Of a stretch of DNA of 27,120 bases, positions 16,410 to 24,026 are shown piece by piece (the stretch's first letter is position 1; the number at the start of each line of letters is the position of its first letter). Both the position numbers and the translations under genes were made by a program. The stretch is from NCBI GenBank assembly GCA_050261575.1, contig JBLNDL010000067.1, positions 62,001 to 89,120 of the forward strand. Reading direction: 5' to 3'. The notes beneath the pieces were generated by a model. That model was not told the DNA's origin, made no database searches, and saw nothing but the letters and a program-made list of their open reading frames with translations. Source of the DNA: Sphingomonadaceae bacterium (GTDB lineage: Bacteria > Chloroflexota > UBA6077).

Positions 16410-17294
16410 ATGATAGGCGAACTGCTCGCGCTGACATCGGCCTTCACGTGGGCCCTGGTCAGCGTCCTCCTCAGAGTCCTCCAGACGCGCGCCAACGCCC
16501 TGTCGCTGAACGCCTTCCGCTCCCTGGTGGCGGCGATCGTCACTGCCGGGGTGGTGGTCGCCACGGGGCGACTGGAGGCCGTGGCCCATTTCTCCCCGTC
16601 CACCGTCTTCATCCTGGTAGCGTCGGTGCTAGTGGGGATGGGAATCGGCGACACACTCTACTTCTACAGCCTGCGGCTGGTGGGTGTCGTCCGAGGGCTG
16701 ATCCTATCCAACGCCTACCCGGTCTTCGCCGCCATCATGGCCGCCGCGTTCCTCGGGGAGCGAATGAGCGTCGGCCTGCTGGTGGGAACGATGCTGGTCG
16801 TGTTCGGCGTCGCGCTCGTGCTGGTCCCGAGCCGCGGGCTCCTCCTGAAGTCCACGGTGGAACCAGGGAAGAACGTGAGACTGGGGGTGGCGCTCGCGCT
16901 GGCTGCGGCTCTCTTCTGGGCGTGCGCGACAGTGCTGGTGCGAGTGGGGGCACAGGAGACCGACGGAGTGGCAGCCACTTCCCTTCGACTGATCGCCGCC
17001 TCGGTCGCCCTGATGGTGGCGTCCGGCCTCAGCAGGTCGGGGCTGCAGACCCCAAAGTACCGAGGCCGGCAACTGCTCGGGATCCTGGCCGCAGGGGTGG
17101 TCACCGCCGCCACCTCCGTCACGTTCCTGCTGGCGGTCCAGTACACTGGTGCCGCCAAGACGGCGACCCTTACATCCACAGCGCCACTCTTCGGTGCGCC
17201 GATGTCGCTCCTGATGGGAGAGCGGCTGACCTGGCAGACCTTGGTGGGCTGCGTGGTCTCCGTCGTCGGGATCTGGCTGGTGATGGCTGGGTAA
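16410..17294 (+). CDS. EamA/DMT family transporter
   Basis: Two EamA repeats, about 10 TM (GELLAL.SA..WA; GDTLYF; P.FAA..A..FLGER; PLFG......GER). Confidence 0.92.
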   Translation: MIGELLALTSAFTWALVSVLLRVLQTRANALSLNAFRSLVAAIVTAGVVVATGRLEAVAHFSPSTVFILVASVLVGMGIGDTLYFYSLRLVGVVRGLILSNAYPVFAAIMAAAFLGERMSVGLLVGTMLVVFGVALVLVPSRGLLLKSTVEPGKNVRLGVALALAAALFWACATVLVRVGAQETDGVAATSLRLIAASVALMVASGLSRSGLQTPKYRGRQLLGILAAGVVTAATSVTFLLAVQYTGAAKTATLTSTAPLFGAPMSLLMGERLTWQTLVGCVVSVVGIWLVMAG

Positions 17295-17367
17295 TCCATG
17301 CTATCCTTGCGCGCGGTTCAGGCGAGAAGCTGACGGTTCCATTCCACGATGAATGGAGATTGACTAC

Positions 17368-18504
17368 ATGCGAGAGAGCATAGTCCTCAGTGACGGCACC
17401 AGCTTCGAAGGCACCAGGTTCGGCTCGCCGACCACTGTGACCGGGGAGGTCGTCCTCTACACGGGGGTGGTGGGCTGGCAGGAGGTGCTTACCGACCCCT
17501 GCTACGCTGGGAAGATCGTGGTTTTCACCTACCCCCACGTGGGCAACTACGGGGTGAACGACGAAGACGTCGAGTCCTCCGACGTGACGGTAAGAGGGAT
17601 AGTGGTTCGAGACCTCGCACGCTTCCACTCCAACTTCAGGGCCAAGGGCAGCTTTCGCGCCTGGGTGGAGGAGAGAGGCATCGCGGGATTGGACGGCGTC
17701 GATACTCGGGCTATCATGGTTCACGCCCGGAACCAAGGGATCGGAACGGGCGCCATCGCGGACAGCCCCGAAGCCGGCCTCCGCGCCCTGCGTGAGACCA
17801 CATCCCCCTTCGAGTGGAACCTGGTGGCCAAGGTCCAGGGGATCTGCCGATGGCCCGCCGCCTCAGGACTGAGGACTGAGGACTCAGAACCGAGCCTTCA
17901 AAGCCCACCTCAATCCTCAGCCCTCGGCCCTCAGTCCTCAGCCTTGCGCCTCGGCGTGCTGGACCTGGGCGGCAAGTACTCCCTCTACCGGCAGATGGCC
18001 GAGCTGGGGTGCGCTCTCCGCTACTTCCCGTGGAACAGCAGCGCCGAGTTGATCGCCGCCTCGGGGGTCGACGGTCTGCTGCTGCCGCCTGGCCCCGGCG
18101 ACCCGAACCGGCTGGGCTCCATTGTCGAGCAGGTCCACCGCCTGGTTGGCAAGCTCCCCATCCTGGGGATCGGCCTGGGCTTCCAGGTGTTGGCCCTGGC
18201 TCTGGGAGGCCGGGTGGTCCGGCTGAAGGCCGGCCGCCACGGGGTGAACTACCCGGTCCGTTCCACGCGGGGCGAGCCGTCGATGATCGTCGCCTGCCAC
18301 CACTCCTTCGCCGTCGACGGCGCATCGCTGCCGCCGGGCGTGGACATCACCTACGTCCACCTGAACGAAGGAACGGCCATGGGGCTCGAGGCCCGAGGGC
18401 TGCGAGCGTGGGGATACCAGTTTCACCCCGGGTGGGACGGGGACAACCGACCCTCTCCTCTGCTGGCGCGCTTCGTCGAGACCTTGCGGACGGCGTCCGC
18501 GTAG
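17368..18504 (+). CDS. carA: Carbamoyl-phosphate synthase small subunit homolog with degenerate glutaminase active site
   Basis: LSDGTSFEG, GEVV, QEVLTDPCY.G..V.FTYPHVGNYG, GVDTRA, GPGDP, but GIGLGFQ instead of GICLGHQ and HPG instead of HPE. GGAG SD favours ATG 17368 over 17353. Confidence 0.93.
   Translation: MRESIVLSDGTSFEGTRFGSPTTVTGEVVLYTGVVGWQEVLTDPCYAGKIVVFTYPHVGNYGVNDEDVESSDVTVRGIVVRDLARFHSNFRAKGSFRAWVEERGIAGLDGVDTRAIMVHARNQGIGTGAIADSPEAGLRALRETTSPFEWNLVAKVQGICRWPAASGLRTEDSEPSLQSPPQSSALGPQSSALRLGVLDLGGKYSLYRQMAELGCALRYFPWNSSAELIAASGVDGLLLPPGPGDPNRLGSIVEQVHRLVGKLPILGIGLGFQVLALALGGRVVRLKAGRHGVNYPVRSTRGEPSMIVACHHSFAVDGASLPPGVDITYVHLNEGTAMGLEARGLRAWGYQFHPGWDGDNRPSPLLARFVETLRTASA
17865..17943. 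repeat. Heptamer-based palindromic element in frame in the carA interdomain linker
   Basis: AGGACTG AGGACTG AGGACTC AGAACCG (17865-17892), spacer, then CTCAATC CTCAGCC CTCGGCC CTCAGTC CTCAGCC (17909-17943); the arms are reverse complements. Confidence 0.85.
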
Positions 18505-18506
18505 CC

Positions 18507-18616
18507 TCGCAGCCCGCCTGCGACGAGACTCGCGCCATCACATTCCGTCGCAGCCAGTCTGCAGTGGATACGCACCATCCTGAAGCATCGCAACTCGTCT
18601 GCGACAGGGACTCGCG
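18507..18616. repeat. Three ~40-nt tandem units, each starting with a TCGCAG-N5-CTGCGA palindrome
   Basis: TCGCAGCCCGCCTGCGA (18507), TCGCAGCCAGTCTGCAG (18548), TCGCAACTCGTCTGCGA (18588); units 1 and 3 continue with GACTCGCG. Confidence 0.65.
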
Positions 18617-18656
18617 TCGGAGACAGGGTCCGGCGCCACACGTTCTGGAGGTGACC

Positions 18657-21600
18657 ATGCCAAAGCGAACAGATATCCGCAAGGTGCTGATGATCGGCTC
18701 CGGACCCATCGTGGTCGGCCAGGCATGTGAGTTCGATTACTCCGGCAGCCAGGCATGCAAGGCGTTGCGGGAGGAAGGCTACGAGGTGGTCTTGGTCAAC
18801 TCCAATCCAGCCACCATCATGACCGACACGGTGATGGCGGACCGCACCTATATCGAGCCGATCACTGCGGAGGCGATAGAGAAGATCATCGCACGGGAGC
18901 GGCCCGACGCCATCATCCCCACCCTCGGGGGCCAGACGGGGCTGAACGTGGCGGTGTTCCTCGCCCGCCAGGGGGTGTACGAGAGGTACGGGGTCGAGGT
19001 GCTGGGCGCCGACCCCGAGGCGATCACCCGCGCCGAGGACAGAGACGAGTTCAAGAAGGCGATGCAGGAGATTGGCGTCAAGACCCCAGCCAGCGGCATC
19101 GCCACCTCGGTGGAGGAGGGGATGAGGATAGGCCTCTCCATCGGCTTCCCGCTGATCCTGCGCCCGGCCTTCACCCTCGGGGGCACCGGCGGCGCCACCG
19201 TCTACAACCGCGAGGAGCTGGAGTCCTACCTGCACAAGGCGCTGGACATCTCCCCGGTGCACCAAGTGCTGGTGGAGCAATCGGTCATCGGCTGGAAGGA
19301 GATCGAGTTCGAGGTGATGCGCGACTGCGTGGACAACGTGATCGCGATCACCTCCATGGAGAACGTCGATCCCATGGGGGTGCACACCGGAGACTCCGTC
19401 GTGGTGGCCCCATCCCAGACCCTCTCGGCGCCGGAGTACGCCGAGTACGTGCGCCTCAGCAAGAAGATCATCCGCAAGATCGGGATCACAGGTGGCGGGG
19501 CCAACATCCAGTTCGCTGGAAACCCCGAGACGGGTGAGATCGTGATCATCGAGGTGAACCCACGTCTCTCCCGCTCCTCGGCGCTGGCCAGCAAGGCTAC
19601 CGGCTTCCCGATAGCCCGGATCGCCACCAAGCTGGCCGTAGGATACACCCTGGAGGAGATCCTCAACTCCGTCACCGGCTGCTCGCGGAGCTACTTCGAG
19701 CCGACGGTAGACTACTGCGTCTTCAAGATCAGCCGCTTCACCTTCGAGAAGTTCCCGACCGCCGAGCGGGTCATCAACACCTCCATGAAGTCGGTGGGCG
19801 AGGCCATGGCCATCGGGCGCACCTTCAAGGAGGCGCTACAGAAGGGGATCCGCTCCCTGGAGATCGGCCGCTTCGGGCTGGGCGACGACGGGAAGGACCC
19901 CCCGCCAGCCCAGCGACGAGACCTAGATCTGATCCGGCAGAAGCTGCGGATCCCGAACGACGAGCGCTTCTTCTATATCCGCTACGCCTACGAAGCTGGC
20001 TTGACCACGGAGGAGATCCACTCCCTCTCCCACATCGACCCTTGGTTCCTGGAGAACATCCGAGAGTTGGGAGAGCGGGCGAAACAGATCCACCGTTACG
20101 CCGGCCACCCGGAGGAGCTTCCCCCGGAGGTGCTGCGGAAGGCCAAGGCCGACGGCTTCTCTGACCGGCAGCTAGCCCACCTGCTCAAGGTCCGGGAGGC
20201 GGAGATCTACGACCTCCGCCATCGGCTGGGGATACGCCCGGTCTTCAAGCTGGTGGACACCTGCGCCGGAGAGCTGGACGCCGCCAAGCCCTACTTCTAC
20301 TCCACCTACGAGCAGCACGACGAGAACCGGGTAACCGACAACCCGAAGAAGGTGATCGTCCTCTCGGGCGGACCCAACCGGATCGGACAGGGGATCGAGT
20401 TCGACTACTGCTGCTCCCACGCCGTCTTCGCCCTGAAGGAGATGGGCTACGAGGCGATCATCATCAACTCCAATCCGGAGACCGTCTCGACCGACTACGA
20501 CACGAGCGACAAGCTGTACTTCGAGCCGCTGACTCGCGAGGACGTGTTGGAGATCGTCCAGGCTGAGAAGCCGGAGGGGGTCATCGTCCAATTGGGAGGG
20601 CAGACCCCCCTGAATCTGGCCGTCCCGCTGGAGCAGGCCGGAGTGCGGATCCTGGGGACCTCGCCCGACGCCATCGACCGTGCCGAGGACCGGGAGCGGT
20701 TCAAGCAACTGGTGGAGAAGCTGGGGCTAACCCAGCCGGCCAATGGCACGGCCTTCTCCTTCGAGGGCGCGCGGAAGGTGGCTGCGGAGATCGGCTATCC
20801 CGTGGTGGTGCGCCCCAGCTACGTTCTTGGCGGCCGGGCCATGGAGATCGTCTACGACGACGAGGAGCTGCGGGAATTCATGGGGAAGGCGGCCGAGGCA
20901 TCGCCCGAGCGCCCGATCCTGATCGACAAGTTCCTGGAAGACGCCATCGAGGTAGACGTGGACTGTGTCGCCGACGGCACCGACGTGGTGCTGGGGGGCA
21001 TCATGGAGCACATCGAGATGGCGGGCGTCCACTCGGGCGACTCCGCCTGCTGCCTCCCACCCTTCTCCCTGACCGAGGCGCAGATGGAGCAGATCCGCGC
21101 CCAGACAGTGGCCATGGCGCTCGAGCTGGGAGTGAAGGGGCTGATGAACGTCCAGTACGCCATCAAGAACAATGTCCTGTACGTCCTCGAGGTGAACCCC
21201 CGAGCCTCCCGCACGGTGCCGTACGTCTCCAAGGTCACCGGCGTACCCCTGGCGAAGGTTGCGACCCAGGTGATGTGTGGCCGCACCCTGAAGGAGATCG
21301 GCTTCACCAAGGAAGTAACCTTCGACCACGTCGGCGTCAAGGAGGCGGTGTTCCCCTTCTCCCGGTTCCCGGGCGTCGACGCGGTGCTCGGGCCGGAGAT
21401 GAAGTCCACCGGCGAGGTCATGGGAATCGACGCGGACTTCGGCGTCGCCTACGCGAAGAGCCAGATGGCGGCCGGCAGCGCCTTGCCCACCAGCGGCGCG
21501 GTGCTGTTCTCCCTCAAGAACATGGACAAGCGCCCAGCGCTCTTCCTGGTGAAGCGCATGGCCGATCTGGGGTTCAAGATCTTGGCCACCGAGGGCACCG

Positions 21601-21917
21601 CCCACTTCCTCCGCGGCCAGGGGATCGAGGTGGAGATCGCCCACAAGGTCTCCAGCGGGATACGTCCCAACATCCTCGATCAGATCAGAAACCATCAGAT
21701 CCAGTTGATCGTAAACACCCCCTCCGGCAAGCACCCGCGCCAGGACGAGGTGGCAATCCGCTCCACCGCGGTGCTGTACGGGGTGCCGCTGATCACCACC
21801 TTGCAGGGGGCGTCGGCAGCGGTGGTGGGGATCGAGCAACTGGTCAAGAAGGGGCTTGCCGTCAAGACCATCCAGGAGTACCACTCCGAGGTTCGAGGTC
21901 GGCCGAGTCTGGTGTGA
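18657..21917 (+). CDS. carB: Carbamoyl-phosphate synthase large subunit
   Basis: MPKRTDI, GQACEFDYSG, HTGDS, EVNPRLSRSSALASKATG, GQGIEFDY, RPSYVLGG, HSGDS, EVNPRASRTVP, MKSTGEVMG and MGS-like C-terminus; GGAGGTG SD; 1086 aa. Confidence 0.98.
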   Translation: MPKRTDIRKVLMIGSGPIVVGQACEFDYSGSQACKALREEGYEVVLVNSNPATIMTDTVMADRTYIEPITAEAIEKIIARERPDAIIPTLGGQTGLNVAVFLARQGVYERYGVEVLGADPEAITRAEDRDEFKKAMQEIGVKTPASGIATSVEEGMRIGLSIGFPLILRPAFTLGGTGGATVYNREELESYLHKALDISPVHQVLVEQSVIGWKEIEFEVMRDCVDNVIAITSMENVDPMGVHTGDSVVVAPSQTLSAPEYAEYVRLSKKIIRKIGITGGGANIQFAGNPETGEIVIIEVNPRLSRSSALASKATGFPIARIATKLAVGYTLEEILNSVTGCSRSYFEPTVDYCVFKISRFTFEKFPTAERVINTSMKSVGEAMAIGRTFKEALQKGIRSLEIGRFGLGDDGKDPPPAQRRDLDLIRQKLRIPNDERFFYIRYAYEAGLTTEEIHSLSHIDPWFLENIRELGERAKQIHRYAGHPEELPPEVLRKAKADGFSDRQLAHLLKVREAEIYDLRHRLGIRPVFKLVDTCAGELDAAKPYFYSTYEQHDENRVTDNPKKVIVLSGGPNRIGQGIEFDYCCSHAVFALKEMGYEAIIINSNPETVSTDYDTSDKLYFEPLTREDVLEIVQAEKPEGVIVQLGGQTPLNLAVPLEQAGVRILGTSPDAIDRAEDRERFKQLVEKLGLTQPANGTAFSFEGARKVAAEIGYPVVVRPSYVLGGRAMEIVYDDEELREFMGKAAEASPERPILIDKFLEDAIEVDVDCVADGTDVVLGGIMEHIEMAGVHSGDSACCLPPFSLTEAQMEQIRAQTVAMALELGVKGLMNVQYAIKNNVLYVLEVNPRASRTVPYVSKVTGVPLAKVATQVMCGRTLKEIGFTKEVTFDHVGVKEAVFPFSRFPGVDAVLGPEMKSTGEVMGIDADFGVAYAKSQMAAGSALPTSGAVLFSLKNMDKRPALFLVKRMADLGFKILATEGTAHFLRGQGIEVEIAHKVSSGIRPNILDQIRNHQIQLIVNTPSGKHPRQDEVAIRSTAVLYGVPLITTLQGASAAVVGIEQLVKKGLAVKTIQEYHSEVRGRPSLV

Positions 21918-22018
21918 CCGATCCGCATCTTCAGTGGCATTCTTCTTGCTCCGTCCAGGCCGTCCCGACCTACGGGCAGGATAACCCACAGAAGATCCGA
22001 GCTAGAAAGGTCACCGCG

Positions 22019-22519
22019 ATGCCGTTACAGAATCCCAGAGATTCCTTCGCATACGAGCTCAGCGTTGCCCACTCGATGGAACAGTCCCTGCAGAGGCAAC
22101 TGCCTCAGTTGGAGCAGGTCTGCCAGAACCCGCAGGTGAAGCAGCTCATCAGCAGCCACATCACCGACACCCAGCGGCAATCGACGCGGCTGGAGGAGTG
22201 CTTCAGGATGATGGGCATGCAGCCGATGAACGTCACCTGCCACGCCATCGACTGCATGCAGCAGGACTTCCAGTCCTTCATGCAGCAGAGCCCCAGCCAG
22301 GAGATCATCGACATGTTCTGCCTGGGTGCCGCCGGCAAGTCGGAGCACTTCGAGATCGCCACCTACAAGGGGCTGATCGAAATGGCCCGGATGCTGGGCG
22401 AGACGCAGGTGGTCTCTCTTCTGGAGGACACCCTGCAGGAGGAGCAGCGCGCCGCCCAGACGGTCGAGCAGTTGGGGCGCCAGATCGGCGCCCAGATTAT
22501 CCACAGATCTCGGCCTTAG
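22019..22519 (+). CDS. Ferritin-like YciE/YciF (DUF892) protein
   Basis: EL..AHSMEQ, HITDTQRQSTRLEECF, EHFEIATYKGL..MA..LG, TLQEEQ; GAAAGGT SD upstream of ATG 22019. Confidence 0.88.
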   Translation: MPLQNPRDSFAYELSVAHSMEQSLQRQLPQLEQVCQNPQVKQLISSHITDTQRQSTRLEECFRMMGMQPMNVTCHAIDCMQQDFQSFMQQSPSQEIIDMFCLGAAGKSEHFEIATYKGLIEMARMLGETQVVSLLEDTLQEEQRAAQTVEQLGRQIGAQIIHRSRP

Positions 22520-22528
22520 CGCCATCGC

Positions 22529-22567
22529 CCCCACCCCGTCGATCCCACCCGGATCAGCGGGGTGGGG
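22529..22567 (+). terminator. Long hairpin after the YciF-like gene
   Basis: CCCCACCCCG..CGGGGTGGGG outer stem with inner GATCC-CACCC-GGATC; no U-tract. Confidence 0.4.
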
Positions 22568-22815
22568 ATCGCACCGACTGTGCAGCGGGTGGGCCGGGTT
22601 CCGGTCCCACCCTCCGCCTCCCGCGTCGCCACTGCACACCCCCGATCTCAGGAAGTGGGAGTGTTGCCCCCGCACCTCAGCAGCGGGGGTCCGCCGAATC
22701 CTCGCGGCCCGCAACCACGACACGGCGTGGCAGCCATCGCTCTGCTTGCAGGAGAAGCACGTGCCTGCTAGCATCGAAGTATGTGTAGTGACGGCCTGAA
22801 TTGGAGGTCGGTGAG

Positions 22816-23982
22816 ATGTCATCAACTATCGGAGACAGAGGTAGTGAGGTAATCGCTACCCTGGAGCGCAACTGGCGGGCTGAGATGGAGGGCGCCGCCA
22901 CCTACCGCGAGCTGGCGGCGATGGAGAAGGATGGGCGGCGCAAGGCACTGCTCATCAAGCTGGCCGAGGCGGAAGAGCGACACGCCAGCAGGTGGGCCGA
23001 GCGGATCGTGGAGCTGGGCGGCCAGGATCCGTCGACCAAGGGGGTACCGGTGGGACCTTCCAGGGGTGTGATCCTGACGGCCAAAGCCGTCGATCTGGAC
23101 ACGGCACTTCGAAAGGCCGAGGCCACGGAGGAGGAGCACGTCCGTCAGTACGAGGCCCAGGCCCGCGACCTAGGCGACCAGGGGATCGCGCGGATCCTCG
23201 AGGAAGTGGCCCAGGACGAGTCGTCCCACGCTCGAACCCTGCGCGCCATGGCGGGCCCCGGCCGCGAGGTTCAGAGCCGGCTGGAGTCCATCCTTCGCCG
23301 GGAGAAGTGGCACGGCAAGGGCGGGAGCTGGATCGGCGACGCCATCTACGGAGTGAACGACGGCCTCACCGCGGTGTTCGGCATCGTCTCTGGCGTCGCG
23401 GGAGCCACCAGCCACAACGAATTCATCGTGGTGGCTGGCCTGGCCGGGGTGCTCTCCAGCGCCCTCTCCATGGGCGCCAGCGCCTACCTAGCCAACAAGG
23501 CCGAGAAGGAGGTCTTCGAGGCAGAGCTGGCACGGGAGAGGAAGGAGATCGAGGAGAACCCCGAGGAGGAGAGGGAGGAGCTGGAGCTGTTCTACCAACT
23601 CAAGGGGTTCACCGAGGAAGAGGCCCGGACCCTGGTGGAGAGGCTGTCGGAGAAGCCGGACCAGTTCCTGCGCACCCTAGCGCACGAGGAGCTGGGGTTG
23701 GCCGAGGAGCGGCTGCCGAATCCGAACCTGGCGGCGGTGGTGGGCACCGTCTCCACGGCGCTCGGCGGCATGGTGCCGGTAATCCCATTCTTCTTCCTGT
23801 CGGGCACCGTGGGCATCCTGGTATCGCTGGTGGTGAGCATCGTGGCCCACTTCGCGGTGGGCGCATCCAAGAGCTTGGTCACACTGCGCAGTTGGTGGAA
23901 GAGCGGCCTGGAGATGACGGCGGTGGCACTGATCGTGGCGATAGTCGCCTACGGTCTGGGCAAGGCACTGGAGATAGGGTAG
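22816..23982 (+). CDS. Rubrerythrin/ferritin-like plus VIT1/CCC1 fusion (MbfA-like Fe/Mn exporter)
   Basis: Two ExxH diiron half-motifs (AEERHA, QDESSHA), then VIT1 motifs DAIYGVNDGL, ALSMGASAYL, EEREEL..FY..KG, HEELG; GGAGGT SD upstream of ATG 22816. Confidence 0.9.
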   Translation: MSSTIGDRGSEVIATLERNWRAEMEGAATYRELAAMEKDGRRKALLIKLAEAEERHASRWAERIVELGGQDPSTKGVPVGPSRGVILTAKAVDLDTALRKAEATEEEHVRQYEAQARDLGDQGIARILEEVAQDESSHARTLRAMAGPGREVQSRLESILRREKWHGKGGSWIGDAIYGVNDGLTAVFGIVSGVAGATSHNEFIVVAGLAGVLSSALSMGASAYLANKAEKEVFEAELARERKEIEENPEEEREELELFYQLKGFTEEEARTLVERLSEKPDQFLRTLAHEELGLAEERLPNPNLAAVVGTVSTALGGMVPVIPFFFLSGTVGILVSLVVSIVAHFAVGASKSLVTLRSWWKSGLEMTAVALIVAIVAYGLGKALEIG

Positions 23983-23995
23983 TAGTGCTTACCTC

Positions 23996-24026
23996 ACCCC
24001 CTTCCCCATCGTGGGAAGGGGGTTTT
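23996..24026 (+). terminator. Intrinsic terminator of the VIT1-fusion gene (likely also acts on comEC)
   Basis: ACCCCCTTCCC-CATCGT-GGGAAGGGGGT 11-bp perfect stem followed by TTT, between convergent stops. Confidence 0.75.

Noticed and set aside
815..16437. Long N-terminal extensions in the ORF track (815 narK, 3449 dehydrogenase, 14253 argF, 13862 small protein, 16437 hydrolase, 16212 EamA)
   Set aside because: They overlap neighbouring genes or promoters; family homology, and in most cases an SD or a stop/start overlap, begins at the downstream ATGs used.
17368..18504. Calling carA a simple pseudogene or sequencing error
   Set aside because: The frame is intact, several independent active-site positions are changed while structural motifs persist, and CarB shows matching interface changes; kept as a finding pending read and dN/dS checks.
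18009..18656. CarA-CarB fusion or 216-aa N-terminal extension of CarB (1302-aa ORF)
   Set aside because: The extension is in a different frame from carA and looks non-coding; CarB has a canonical MPKRTDI start with GGAGGTG SD at 18657.
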